Shown here in pieces: positions 11,047 to 22,957 of a stretch of DNA of 64,000 nt; within the stretch, counting starts at the first letter, position 1; each line of letters starts with the position of its first letter. A program made the translations under genes and the position numbers. The stretch lies in the NCBI GenBank assembly GCA_010909165.1, contig MU008179.1:806001-870000 (forward strand), read 5' to 3'. The notes beneath the pieces were generated by a model. That model was not told the origin of the DNA. It saw only the letters and a program-made list of their open reading frames with translations, and did not search any database. The DNA is from Anthoceros angustus. Its lineage: Eukaryota; Plantae; Anthocerotophyta.

Positions 11047-13063
11047 ATGACCTACAGCTCTGCTGATCCCAGCCCGCCCGCACCGCTTTCGCCTTCGGGA
11101 TCTAACGTTTCGATGGAGCCCCCTCCGGATTTCACTGAACAAGTAAGAAAGCCTTGCTGCTGAACAGGCATTTCTTCCCGCAGCAATCCTACGCCTAGAC
11201 GGTATCGATTGCAGTTGAGTGTTTACAATCTGTGCACTTTGGCCAGGAGGATGAACTTCTGAGGGAGCTTGTCAAAAGGCATGGGACTAAAAAGTAGGTA
11301 CAATGCTTACCAGTCTTGAACAGGGATGTGGTCACATATCTACCGATGTCCTGAGGCTCCTGGAGACGAGTACAGTGGCTATAACTAGTACGCTTTCCTG
11401 GTTTTCAGGTGGCATATTATCTCTGCGAAAATGCACAATAAGACTCCTCGTGAATGCAGAAAAAGGTTAGGATCCACCCTTCGGACAGGAACATTTCTAC
11501 TCCTTGTGGAAATCTGAGGCCTGCCAGCACCTAATACGAGGAGTTACGAGGATATATTGAAATGCAGGTGGAGAACGTATCTTCACATGTGCATGAACAA
11601 AAGCAGCTGGAGTGCTGAGGAAGACCATCTCTTGCTTGAGGTGACGGTTCAGAGCATCTCGTTCTACCCCATTCCCATCCCAGCTCCGTGACCTTGGGCT
11701 GTTCTAAATTGAAACTTCGCATTCAGGGACATAATGCTTTTGGAAATCGTTGGACTGAAATTGCCAAAATGGTTCCAGGCAGGTTAGCACCTGTCCAGAG
11801 CAACACAAGTTTTCCATCGTCACGATTTCTTGAGTCAGGGCTAACCTAGACGTACTGTTTGCAGGACAGATAATGCTGTGAAAAATCGTTATAACGCTCT
11901 GTGCAAAAAGCGTTCACACCGCTCGGCCAAATCCTTCACAACAAACGGCATTGCCACCCTTGAAGTAACAGATGAAAGAGACATGAAGAGATCGAGGAAA
12001 CTCGCAAGAAGCAAGGACAGGTGGGTTAAGCAAATGATGAACTCACAGCCACCCAACCACCCAATGCTTATCATGATAAACCGTAGAAACCACCACAGTT
12101 TAAAACACTTTCATGTTTTTGAGTCTACAGGGTGTCAAAACCGGTCACTTCCTTCCAGACCACGCGAGGGGAAGCAATAGCTAATTCTGTGTTTGTGGTC
12201 TACAGAGATAACAGCATAACCTCAGATCTGCCCCCAGTCAAAACTTCGTGCGGACGACCCGGGCCCGGTTTGTCTATCGAAATCCCTGGGGAATACGATC
12301 CCTCTCGCAAATGTATGTGTGTAATGCCTTTTGGGATTATTGCAAATGATACCTCTGCAACATAATCTAGTCTCTGGCTGAATCACAAGTTAATGTGTCG
12401 TGTTTGTTGCAGATGTTGGTGGACCTCGAAAGCCCCTAGCCACCATTAACACTTCCGATCCCTCGCATCTACAGGAGGTGAGCGTCTCCTACCTGCATGC
12501 CACACACATGAGCTACTTGGTATCAGTGGTTGTCACCCACGCTTTACACGGCCTTGGCGCTGTCCCGGTCCGACAAGACACAAGTTTTGCCCATACTGAT
12601 TTGGGTCCGACGACACTGGCAGGTGGACATGGATGAGGTTATGGGTTGGCTGCTTGCACGAACACCAACCCCAACATGTAATGGAAGTGGGAACTCAAAC
12701 TCTACTGTTACCTCATCAACCTCAACCACTCCGACTCTGCCCCAAGACATGTCCAACAGTGTTTTCTCTCAGACATCCTTGTTGACGGACACCGAACTGC
12801 CTACTGATATTGATGCTCAAGAGGATCTTTTTGCACACGGTAACCAGGTTCACCTCACCCTGCTACGGTAATTTACTCCACCGCACCATTGACACTTCAT
12901 CGCTTCCGCAGGAGGAAGTAACCAGTTGAGCATGAAAGAGATGGAGGAGTTGGTCATGATGCTAGCAACCGACGAAACCATCAGACCTGGGTTGCTCACC
13001 TCCTTTCACGAGCATACATATGGAGGTCGACCACAGGCTCACGTCTCAACCTATGACGTATGA
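11047..13063 (+). CDS. Multi-exon R2R3-MYB transcription factor, FOUR LIPS (MYB124)/MYB88-like
   Basis: Spliced exons give FTEQ|EDELLRELVKRHGTKK|WHIISAKMHNKTPRECRKR|WRTYLHMCMNKSSWSAEEDHLLLE|GHNAFGNRWTEIAKMVPGR|TDNAVKNRYNALCKKR, matching the FLP/MYB88 GNRWTEIAKVVSGRTDNAVKNRF..LCKKR signature and intron-rich layout. The start codon is tentative. Confidence 0.85.
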
Positions 13064-13757
13064 CATACGAGTAAGCTCTCTTAATCTATTAAGAGCTTTC
13101 GTGACTCTACAGGAGTAGGTTCTTAATACATTAAGAGATGCAAGCCACTATCTGTATAGTACGTGCCGCACCTCTGAGGCGTGTAGTGTACCTGCTGTTG
13201 CAATGAACTTGGGAAGTGGACCTCAGTTGCTGGCAGTCATCTTCAAGAAAAGCCTTGTAGAAGACGCTTGTGCTGGATGGGCCACACGGCAATAACCATG
13301 GCCACACAAAACACAGAAAAGATACAAATGGCGTAAAGGGGACATCGACTATCGGACAACCTGGCCTCTTGAAAGTCTTCCCTCGTTAACACAAACGAGA
13401 GTCGTCAGCAAGCCCACCACTATTGCTAAGTTCAGACCTCTCGACAAAAACTGAATCTAGTTGCTTCTACCATGTACATCTGCCGGGCAACAATCCAGTA
13501 GTCGTAGGAGGACCTACATTTACCGTAAGACTCCAGCATCATTCACCTCCGTGAACAGCGCCTTGAGCCTGAGACAATGAATTAGACGAACTCCAGTCAC
13601 CTGAGCTCTGTTGTAGTCGGTCTTCACATTCCATGCATCGTCTCCAGAGCTCCGCTGAAATAACGCACAGGACGAAACATACCCTGACCAACCACGCTGG
13701 CCTACCTGAAAATACACAAGAGAAATAAACAGTCCACGCTAGTTCTTGGAACTTGCA

Positions 13758-16677
13758 TCAAGTGCCTGCAGGCTGGGAAGCAGGCTGAGCCACACTCTTG
13801 GCCTTCGCTGCCGCCGCTGCTGCTGCCGCAGCTGCGGCACCAGCAGCTGAGACTGCCGCTGAAGGAGCAACAGCTGGAGCGACAGCAGGAGTTGGCAGGA
13901 CAGCTGATTTCGCAGCATGCTTGGCATTCACCTCGACAAGCAAACCTTTGATTTCGGCCCCTGTCATTGTCTCATGTTCCAGAAGTGCCTTTGCTAGAGC
14001 ATGGAGTTCCCTCTGATGTGTACAGAGAATGTGCTTGGCGTTTTCATAAGCTGTTTGCAATAATTCCTTAACTTCATTCTCTACGAGTGACCTTGTCTCA
14101 GTGCTCATGCTCTTACCATCATCATCATAGTTATGCGCAACTACTCCCACTGCCTTGCTCATTCCATACTTCGTAACCATTTCCCTTGCCAGCCGGGTTG
14201 CTGATACAATATCTGACGATGCCCCAGATGTAACCTCACCCTCCCCAAAGATGAGCTCTTCAGCAACACGACCTCCCATGCACACATCCAAACGTGCCAA
14301 CATCTGCCTTCGTGAATGACTCGTTTCATCCTTATCAGGCAACTGAGAAACCATCCCCAAAGCCATCCCCCTTGGAACAATAGTGGCCTTGTGCACTGGA
14401 AGAGCACCATCAGTGTGTAGAGCCACAAGAGCATGGCCACTTTCATGGTAAGCAGTGAGTCGCCTGGATTCCTCCGAAATCACAGCGGACTTCCGTTCAC
14501 TGCCCATCATTATCTTATCCTTTGCAAATTCCAGGTCAAATAGGGAGACATTCTTTTTGTCATCCATTGCAGCCTTCAATGCAGCTACATTCACCAGATT
14601 TGCAAGATCTGCTCCAGAGAACCCGGGAGTACCCCTCGCAATGATACTGAGATCCACATCCTCTGCTTTAGGGACCTGCACAATTACAACAATACTCAAC
14701 ATTAGAAAATTGCAATTCTTGAGACGAGTACTGCTCACAATCGGAAGAGTTTCAGAGTACTTACCTTGGCCATGTGGACATCCAGGATCTGTCGCCTTCC
14801 TTCCACATCAGGATTGGGAACCACCACATGGCGGTCAAACCGACCAGGCCTTATGAGAGCTTTGTCCAAAGATTCTGGAAAGTTGGTCGCAGCAATCACA
14901 ATAATTCCCTCGTTCTGCTTGAACCCATCCAACTCCACAAGCAGCTGGTTCAGTGTCATCTTCATGTACTGCTGATCTTTGGGGTTCCTGCTTCCTCCAA
15001 TTGCATCAATCTCATCCATGAATATGATGCAAGGTGACCTCTTTTTCGCAGCTGCAAACAAATCCCGGACCCTCCTAGCTCCCACACCCACAAACATCTC
15101 TTCAAACTCGCTGCCACTGCAGTAAAAGAAAGGAACTCCAGCTTCCCCTGCAATTGCTCGTGCCAACATGGTCTTCCCTGTCCCAGGTGGGCCTACTAGT
15201 AGCACACCTTTAGGAAGTTTGCCCCCAAGCCTAGTGAAACGCTGTACAACCAAAACCTCCCATGTCAGTTAGACCTGATCATCAACCAACCACAGCAAAA
15301 GCGGAAGCACATATGCAGGGATAACAACCTTTGGGTCCCGTAGGTAATGAACAATCTCCTCCAGCTCAGCCTTTGCCTCATCCACACCCTTCACATCACT
15401 GAACTTGGTGCTAGATTCCATGCTTGGCTGTACCTCCTCATTCAAGCCGAGCCCTGCAATAAACCATTTGAATGAGTGCAATGTGTGTATCCCCATAGCT
15501 GAAAATAATACTTGCACCGGGCTTCATCTGCCACATCCTAAACAGTGGGCAATGCCAGAGCACAATAGATACAACATCCATGTATGTACTTCAAGCTGGA
15601 GCTCAATCCCACCCGTTCGTCTGTTATCTTCAGACCACAGGTACAAATCACCCAGCCTTTAGGATTTACACGCTAAAATCAATTTGCCGCACAGGGGATG
15701 ATATGTTCAGGCAAGACCCAGCTGGCTGCACACCCCCTCGTAGAGAACAAGTCAGAGTGTGAAAAGCTTACCCTTGCCGATGCCTCTATCTTCAATGAGG
15801 GCTCCAACCCCAGACAGCAAGAGGAATCCCAAAGCAAGGGTGCGGAACGTCCGCCAGGCTTGTACTTTAAGTCCGCCCTCTGCTGCTACCATGTGAATCG
15901 GGGCATTGGCCGTGCCTAGTACGCCATCTTTTGTCTGCATTCCAACATTCCCCAGCATCGTGGAGGCAGCCGCCACGTTCACAGCAGGTTCCGGTTGATA
16001 GGAGGATGAGGTAGCAGCCCCTAAATCAATGAAGATGAGACTATCAGGGCCGGCCCAAAAAGATGTAGGTGCCAATGGTAGAAGCCGACAACAGCGTCTT
16101 ACCCCGACGAAGAGTCCTCAGCAACGAGCTCTCATCCAGTCTATCCACCTTCACAAGTGCCTTCACGTATTCGGCGAGAGCTCCAGGACTATGCTGCGAG
16201 ATGGGCCTACTCTCAAACCACCTGATCACACTTTCGGGGTCGATTTTGTTCAACTCCTTCAACACATTCGCCTGCTTATCGTCTACATGGATTTCCCTCT
16301 CCACTTGCTCCAATTTGCGATTGAAATTCCCCAGGTAGCTAGAAAAATGCCGTCCTTGAGCACGGCACCCTGCTGCTCGACAGACCACAGAATCAGCTCC
16401 TCCACCAAGACCATAATTTCCTGCAGAAACTTCTAGGGCTGATCACAAATGCCACCCTACCAGCTCTGAAAAACCCTAGCGCTTGCGCGCGTGCTCCTGA
16501 AAGCGACGCCATCAAATACTTGGACGACGCCATCTGCTTGGCTGCATGGCCGCCCTGCAGAGCACACCAGAGAATCAAAACTGTTCGGTACCAATTCAGG
16601 TAGCAGGAACCAGTTACGGGTGCAGGGTGGCCGTAGCCCAGGCCCCGTACCTGCTCCACAAGCTGCCGCAACGCCAT
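13758..16677 (-). CDS. FTSH4: Mitochondrial i-AAA ATP-dependent zinc metalloprotease FtsH4
   Basis: [13 protein letters not shown] (Walker A), IIFMDEID (Walker B), SRH IRPGRFD, HESGH zinc motif, [25 protein letters not shown], Ala-rich C-terminus; start MALRQLVEQ at 16677. Confidence 0.96.
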
Positions 16678-17166
16678 CTGCTCGAGTGCTCTACGCCTCG
16701 CCAATCTCACAGCCCAATGAACCCAGAGCACGGCCGTAGGGATCCGCAGGAAGCCCAACGCCGTATCCTAATCACCATTGACCCAAGGCTGCCCGCGGCG
16801 AGAGCACCGCAGTGCGCTGGAATGAAAATAAGAGGTGTGACTAAGGCCTTTGCAGGTGGGCACCGTACCGCCGCCCGTGTCTAGAATCAACATGGCATGG
16901 ATAGTTTCCCGTTGAGCAGGGACAAGAGTTCATTGGCACACGCTTGGCTAGGAGACAGGAACAAAATCCCAGCCAGCAGCGGGCGAGCGGAAGGCCAGAG
17001 GGTCGGCCTTCTACGTGCAGCCTTCCAGGCAAGCGGAATGAAAGTTCGCGAAGTTGCTCAAACCCTAATTTGTGGAGTGTACCGATCCATCGTTTGCCGC
17101 TGATGATTTTATTTTTCATATAACTTTGTATGTGACTGAGTATCCTGCAGGGGGAACACCAGAGCG
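16678..17166. promoter_or_regulatory. Divergent (bidirectional) promoter region FtsH4/NDUFB2 with telo-box AAACCCTAA at 17060-17068
   Basis: The two ATGs are 490 bp apart on opposite strands; the telo-box was read directly. Confidence 0.6.
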
Positions 17167-17654
17167 ATGGCGGGTGATCACGGGCACGGCGGCCACGACG
17201 TCACCCACGCTGGCTTAACCTTGCACCCTCCGCGTCGCTGGCACACTCGCGTTGGGCAGGGCATGTGTGCGATGATGTGGTTCGCCTCTTGCACCCGACC
17301 CTGCATCCTTCAGCTAGCAGTCTGTGAATCCTGCTCATTGGAGTGACCAACTTCTGTTCAGGTTCTGGATTCTCTACAGAGCCAAGCAGGACGGTCCTGT
17401 TGTTATGGTGCGTATTAGCTTCCCTGTTGCTGTCTGTTTTGAAGAGATGTATGCTGAGTGTTCCAACGCTTTGTCATTCTTGCGTGTGTAGGGATGGCGT
17501 CATCCTTGGGATGGTCATGGACACGGGCATGGTCACGATGAGCACGTACGTAATTCTTAGCCACCATTTCTTCGGTTTCAGCTGCCAATGTAATGTTGTT
17601 GCCACAGGGCAAGCACTGAAGCGACCCGTTGGTGTAACACAGGGCCACCACTGA
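17167..17654 (+). CDS. NDUFB2: NADH:ubiquinone oxidoreductase complex I subunit AGGG (1 beta subcomplex 2)
   Basis: Exons 17167-17279, 17362-17407, 17492-17545 plus a terminal microexon give MAGDHGHGGHDVTHAGLTLHPPRRWHTRVGQGMCAMMWFWILYRAKQDGPVVMGWRHPWDGHGHGHGHDEH, the plant AGGG subunit. Absent from the ORF track. Confidence 0.95.
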
Positions 17655-18061
17655 AGAGTAGATCAGCCGCGTTGAAGCGGTTGGAGTCCGAAGCAGCAGT
17701 GTGGGAGCATTTGATGAATACAAGTGTGGATGGATGGGCGAAACATCTACGGTTTTGCAACTGACGGTGGATGTGAGGGAGCAGAGGGTATGATATGCAT
17801 CTAGTGTTTGTGAAAAGTGCCGGCGGTTGAAGAATTTGACGACGGAAAATCATTATTGCACGTTTTCAATTTTTCCAAATACTAATTGTAACAAAATTAT
17901 GTTCTGACAATGAGATACTGTCAAAACCTCTACCTTTAGTGATAATTTAAGCCCTTCCATCTACCTACCTCAACTCCACTAGGCGTAACTCGTATTAGTC
18001 TGGCAAAGTCTTGTGCAAATGTCAGTTCACTGTTGCCCGCAACCAAACCGGCGGCAATCTC

Positions 18062-20603
18062 TCATTTTGATTCCACAAGGCATTTCTCGAACCCAGATTT
18101 AAGAGCTTCTGCGTCCAACTTCTTTCCGATGAAAACCATCTTGCTGATCCTCTCCTCCTCTGATTTCCAGTCCCGATCGATGCAACCTTCAAACAAGGAA
18201 TGCACCCCCTGCGCAGCATGAACATTCGATACCGAGTAAGCCAAACATGAAAATAATTCTCATGGAACCGAGGAGCGGGAATCTAAACGTACCTGGAATA
18301 CATAGCGCTCTGGGAAGCCCTCAATGTTCAAGACACCCTTCATTCGATAGATGTTTTCGCTTTCGTTCTCCAACAGGGCCTCAACCCACCTATTTAGCTG
18401 CACAGAAAAAAACGTCACTCTGCATGAATACTTTAGACCTGAAGTCCTCAAAAAATTCCTGTTCCGAGTAACTGGAAGGCACACGGGGCCCGTGGCTAGC
18501 CTACTCGCAGACAAGGGTACGTAAAGAGCAAACCTTCGCTAGGTCGAGGTACCCTTCACGCACAATGCTAACCGAAGAAACACCAGGGTCATGAACATGA
18601 TCATGCTTATTATGATCATGACCATGCTCGTGCTTGTGATCATGACCATGGTCATGCGAGTGACCTGTCATGAAGCAGAAGTTAGAGAGCGTACACCGAT
18701 TGATTGCTCATGCCACCAAGGAGTGGAAGGCACACGCTTTCTACCGTGCCCGCAATGTTCGTCATGCACGTGATCCTCCTTGCATGCACCATGACTCTCC
18801 TTCACCGTAGCAGCTGCTCCCTCCACATCAATATCCGCTGCAACTCTGCAGAGACAGGCCCCAAAACACAGGTACCAAATAAGAAAAGCCAAACTTCCAG
18901 CCAGGAGAGCGGAAGGCATGGGATCCGCCATACTGAGGAGTCAGGTGCCCAACAGACCTTGCGAGGTCAAACCCTCCAACTCCGAGCACATACTTCACGT
19001 CCACTTTCCCATAGTTGGTCTTTTCAATTTGCGCCATGCCGTTAATTTTCTGGTTATACGAGAGCAACAACGTCAGAACATTTATTAGAGTGAAACCTTC
19101 AAAATGCGCGATATAATCTGCTTAGTTTCCCTAAAACACAGCAGTTGAAGGGAAAAGAGACGTCCGCGGAAATGCGGCGACTCGTCCAACTACATACCCT
19201 TATTCGCTGCTCAAGGATCTTCCTCTCTGCCTCTTCTACTAGGTCAATCTGCACAAGGCAACAAGAACAATCAGCAGTCAATTCCAACGCAAGACAAGGA
19301 AACAAAGAATTCGCCTAATCGGAGTGCCATAAACAGCAGGAGGAATGCACCCAATCCAAATGCCATAAACAGCAACCAAATGTACTGCGAGAAACTCACC
19401 TTATTCAGAATGATCCTGTCCGCATAGGCGATCTGCTCCACCGCTTCGTTTACAACTCCGTCTGGTTTCACCTCCTCAATGTGTTGTTGTGCATGCTTTG
19501 CATCAACCATCGTAACCACTCCGTCCAATCTAACAACGGGGGAGATAGTCTCGTCCGCATAGAAGGTCTGGATGATGGGTGCAGGGTTGGCGAGACCTGC
19601 AAGGTAAAAAGTTCCACATGAAATCCCACGGCCAGAGCAGACAAAAAACCATGCACCCCGCCTGAGAATCCCAGGAAGAAGCGTACCTGTAGTCTCAATC
19701 AAAACATGATCAAAACTGATCTCGTTCTGTCTCCTCCTATGCATAAGGTCTCCCAACATACGCACAAGGTCACCCCGCACAGTGCAGCACAGGCAGCCAT
19801 TGTTGAGCAAAATAAGGTCCTCGGCAGCAGCTTCAGCCGTGGCGACGAGGGCATCATCGATCCCCACCTCCCCATACTGCAGTCGATGGACAACCAAGCC
19901 CCACCTCAGAACCTCTCCCCTCCACCCGGCAAACAACCAACCCCGGCCACATTCCAGTCCAGTACCTCGTTCTCAATAACCGCAATCTTCACTCCATGTT
20001 GCGCCGTCAGCACATGATTCAGCAGCGTGGTCTGCGCCACACACAAACCGCACCCCAGCGTCAAACCGCAGCGCGGCACAAGCAAGGACGAATTCACTCA
20101 AAATCCAAAGAGTGGGCGATGCTTCCGACCCACAGCAGCAGAGCAACTGAAATTCCGGCATCGTCACTCGAAGTTCCTACAAAATTAATCCCGCCACAGC
20201 CACAATTTGTTCAGGTGCCAGGCAGCCAAGCCAGCCGACCAACTGACCCGATCCTTCCACAAGAACCACCCACACTCCAATTCCCGACCCCGCTCACCTT
20301 CCCGGACCCGAGAAACCCCGTGATGACCGTGATGGGCATCCGGTTGTCGACGAGCCCCTCGCAGTCGTGCTGGTGCTCTTGCTGCTCCTGCTGCTCCTGC
20401 GCCATGGCCGCAGACACGGTGGAGACCCCCCGGCGGCGCAGGGGGGGGAATGCTAGCGAGGGCGCCGACACTCCGAACCCCACGCGGCACCGCACCGCAT
20501 GGTGCACCCGGGTGGCCCCCAATGTGCAGCAGAACCTGGAGGAGGAGGCCGCAGCAGCCGTCACCCCAGCGGCGGAAGGCAGCAGCTTGGTCGCCATCGC
20601 CAT
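18062..20603 (-). CDS. CobW/COG0523 (ZNG1-type) GTP-dependent metallochaperone with probable organellar transit peptide
   Basis: PITVITGFLGSGK|TTLLNH, IAVIENE, NNGCLCCTVRGDL (CxCC), IETTGLANPAP, EQIAYADRIILNK, His-rich linker near 18590-18665, IYRMKG, QGVH, MVFIGK. Confidence 0.94.
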
Positions 20604-22957
20604 GGCCAGCGAGCGCGCTGCGATCATCTATGTGCCTTAGCCTTGGACCGGACGCTCCTCCAACCCCGGATTACACGCCTACCAGCAGCCCGATCTCATA
20701 CCCCTTACCAGCCACACGTGAAAACAATCAGATCGGCTTGCCCTAAAGCTCTTCCTCAGAAGCCTCCAGAAGCTCCCACTCTACCCTAAGAAATGCCATG
20801 TTCGACATCATCCCTGCGTTGCACCTCATACTCTTCCACCGATTTTCTTCCCTTCGGCCCGACGGCTTACGTGTACCTAGTACACATGACGTTTGGGATC
20901 ATCGAGAAGGTCCCTATGAGTATGAAATATCTTCAGATAATTTGTTCTGTGGATGATTATGAATATTAATTTATATATACTTATATTTAATTTGTCAAAA
21001 ATATGGGTTATAGACCTCATAGTAACACCCCTTTTAGCGAGGTGGGCAGTCACCAGCTTAGTGACAAAAACATCACCAGACACCAAAGACTAGGCCTCCA
21101 AGTAGCCTCTCCTTCCAGGACGGATTTACCTGCACAAGACATCCTACCGCTATTTATTCCAGCAAGAGTCAACAAGAATACATGAGAGATCGAGAGAGCT
21201 CCCCATCTTGCCTAAGCTAGAGCTTAGCCTCCCCACGATCTCCTCCTCAACAGCTCTCCTCTAGCACGCTCACACTCTAGGCTCCCACGGCCTCTAGGCA
21301 CCAAAGTCCTATCCTCACAAGAGTGTAGCTCCCAAGTGCTAGGATCCTTCTAGACATGCTCACGCTCAAGGCTCACAAGGCCTCTAGGCACCAAAGTCCT
21401 ATCCTCAAGAGTAGCTCCCAAGCTTAGGATCCTTCTAGACATGCACTACTAGAAACATGGTGCCCATAATCGGTTTTGACACATTTCTTGTTACCACCTC
21501 TAGAACGTTACATTGTTGCTTCTGCAGGCTTTGCATACAAGCCGCATTTGTTACACCGATGTAACACTATTCTCCCGGCGGGTGCATTGTGTTCCTATTA
21601 CCCGCCTCCCCGCCTTTCGCAATGCCCCTTATAATACAATATTCAGTTCGTCTGCTTTAAAGAGTGCGGCTGAAGTCGCTGGGCTCCACACGATGCGCCA
21701 GTGTCGGAACCGGAGTTCCGCCTCCGCTTGTACGCTGCTTTTGGCGCGTGGCTCACATCGATGGCGCCCGCCGTGGTCCGCCATCGCCATGGCCAGCGAG
21801 CGCGCTGCGATCATCTATGTGCCTTAGCCTTGGACCGGACGCTCCTCCAACCCCGGATTACACGCCTACCAGCAGCCCGATCTCATACCCCTTACCAGCC
21901 ACACGTGAAAACAATCAGATCGGCTTGCCCTAAAGCTCTTCCTCAGAAGCCTCAGAAGCTCCCACTCTACCCTAAGAAATGCCATGTTCGACATCATCCC
22001 TGCGTTGCACCTCATACTCTTCCACCGATTTTCTTCCCTTCGGCCCGACGGCTTACGTGTACCTAGTACACATGACGTTTGGGATCATCGAGAAGGTCCC
22101 TATGAGTATGAAATATCTTCAGATAATTTGTTCTGTGGATGATTATGAATATTAATTTATATATACTTATATTTAATTTGTCAAAAATATGGGTTATAGA
22201 CCCTCATAGTAACACCCCCTTTTTAGCGAGGTGGGGCAGTCACGCAGTTAGTGACAAAAACATCACCAGACACCAGCACTAGGCCTCCAAGTAGCTCCGT
22301 CCACGGACGACTGCACAAGACATCCGTCACCGCTATTTATTCCAAGAGTCAACAAGAATACATGAGAGATCGAGAGAGCTCCCCATCTTTGCCTAAGCTA
22401 GAGCTTAGCTCTCTCCCACGATCTCCTCCTCAGCCTCCTCTAGCACGCTCACACTCTAGGCTCCCACGGCCTCTAGGCACCAAAGTCCTATCCTCACAAG
22501 AGTGTAGCTCCCAAGTGCTAGGATCCTTCTAGACATGCTCACGCTCAAGGCTCACAAGGCCTCTAGGCACCAAAGTCCTATCCTCAAGAGTGTAGCTCCC
22601 AAGTGCTAGGATCCTTCTAGACATGCACTACTAGAAACATGGTGCCCATGTTACTGGTTTTTGACACATTTCTTGTTACGGCCCTCTAGAACGTTACATT
22701 GTTGCTTGCGTACGCTTTGCATACAAGCCGCATTTGTTACACCGATGTAACACTATTCCCTTCCCGGCGGGTGCATTGTGTTCCTATTACCCGCCTCCCC
22801 GCCTTTCGCAGCCCCTTATAATACAATATTCGTTCGCCTCGGTTTAAAGAGTGCGGCTGAAGTCGCGGGCTCCACACGATGCGCCAGCGTGGGAACCGGA
22901 GTTCCGCCCCGCTTGTACGCGTTTTTGGCGCGTGGCTCACATCGATGGCGCCCGGTC
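20592..22957. repeat. About 1.19-kb tandem duplication (CobW start and promoter + LTR end + CACTA left end)
   Basis: 20592-21778 is repeated at 21779-22957. The unique part is near-identical; the repeat-derived part differs by many small indels. Confidence 0.93.
22440..22625. repeat. LTR-internal tandem repeat, about 90-bp unit (third unit resumes at 27937-28015)
   Basis: CCTCTAGGCACCAAAGTCCTATCCTCA..GAGTGTAGCTCCCAAGTGCTAGGATC is repeated. Confidence 0.85.

Noticed and set aside
19996-20640. 214-aa plus-strand ORF
   Set aside because: Antisense to CobW exons 1-2 and intron 1.
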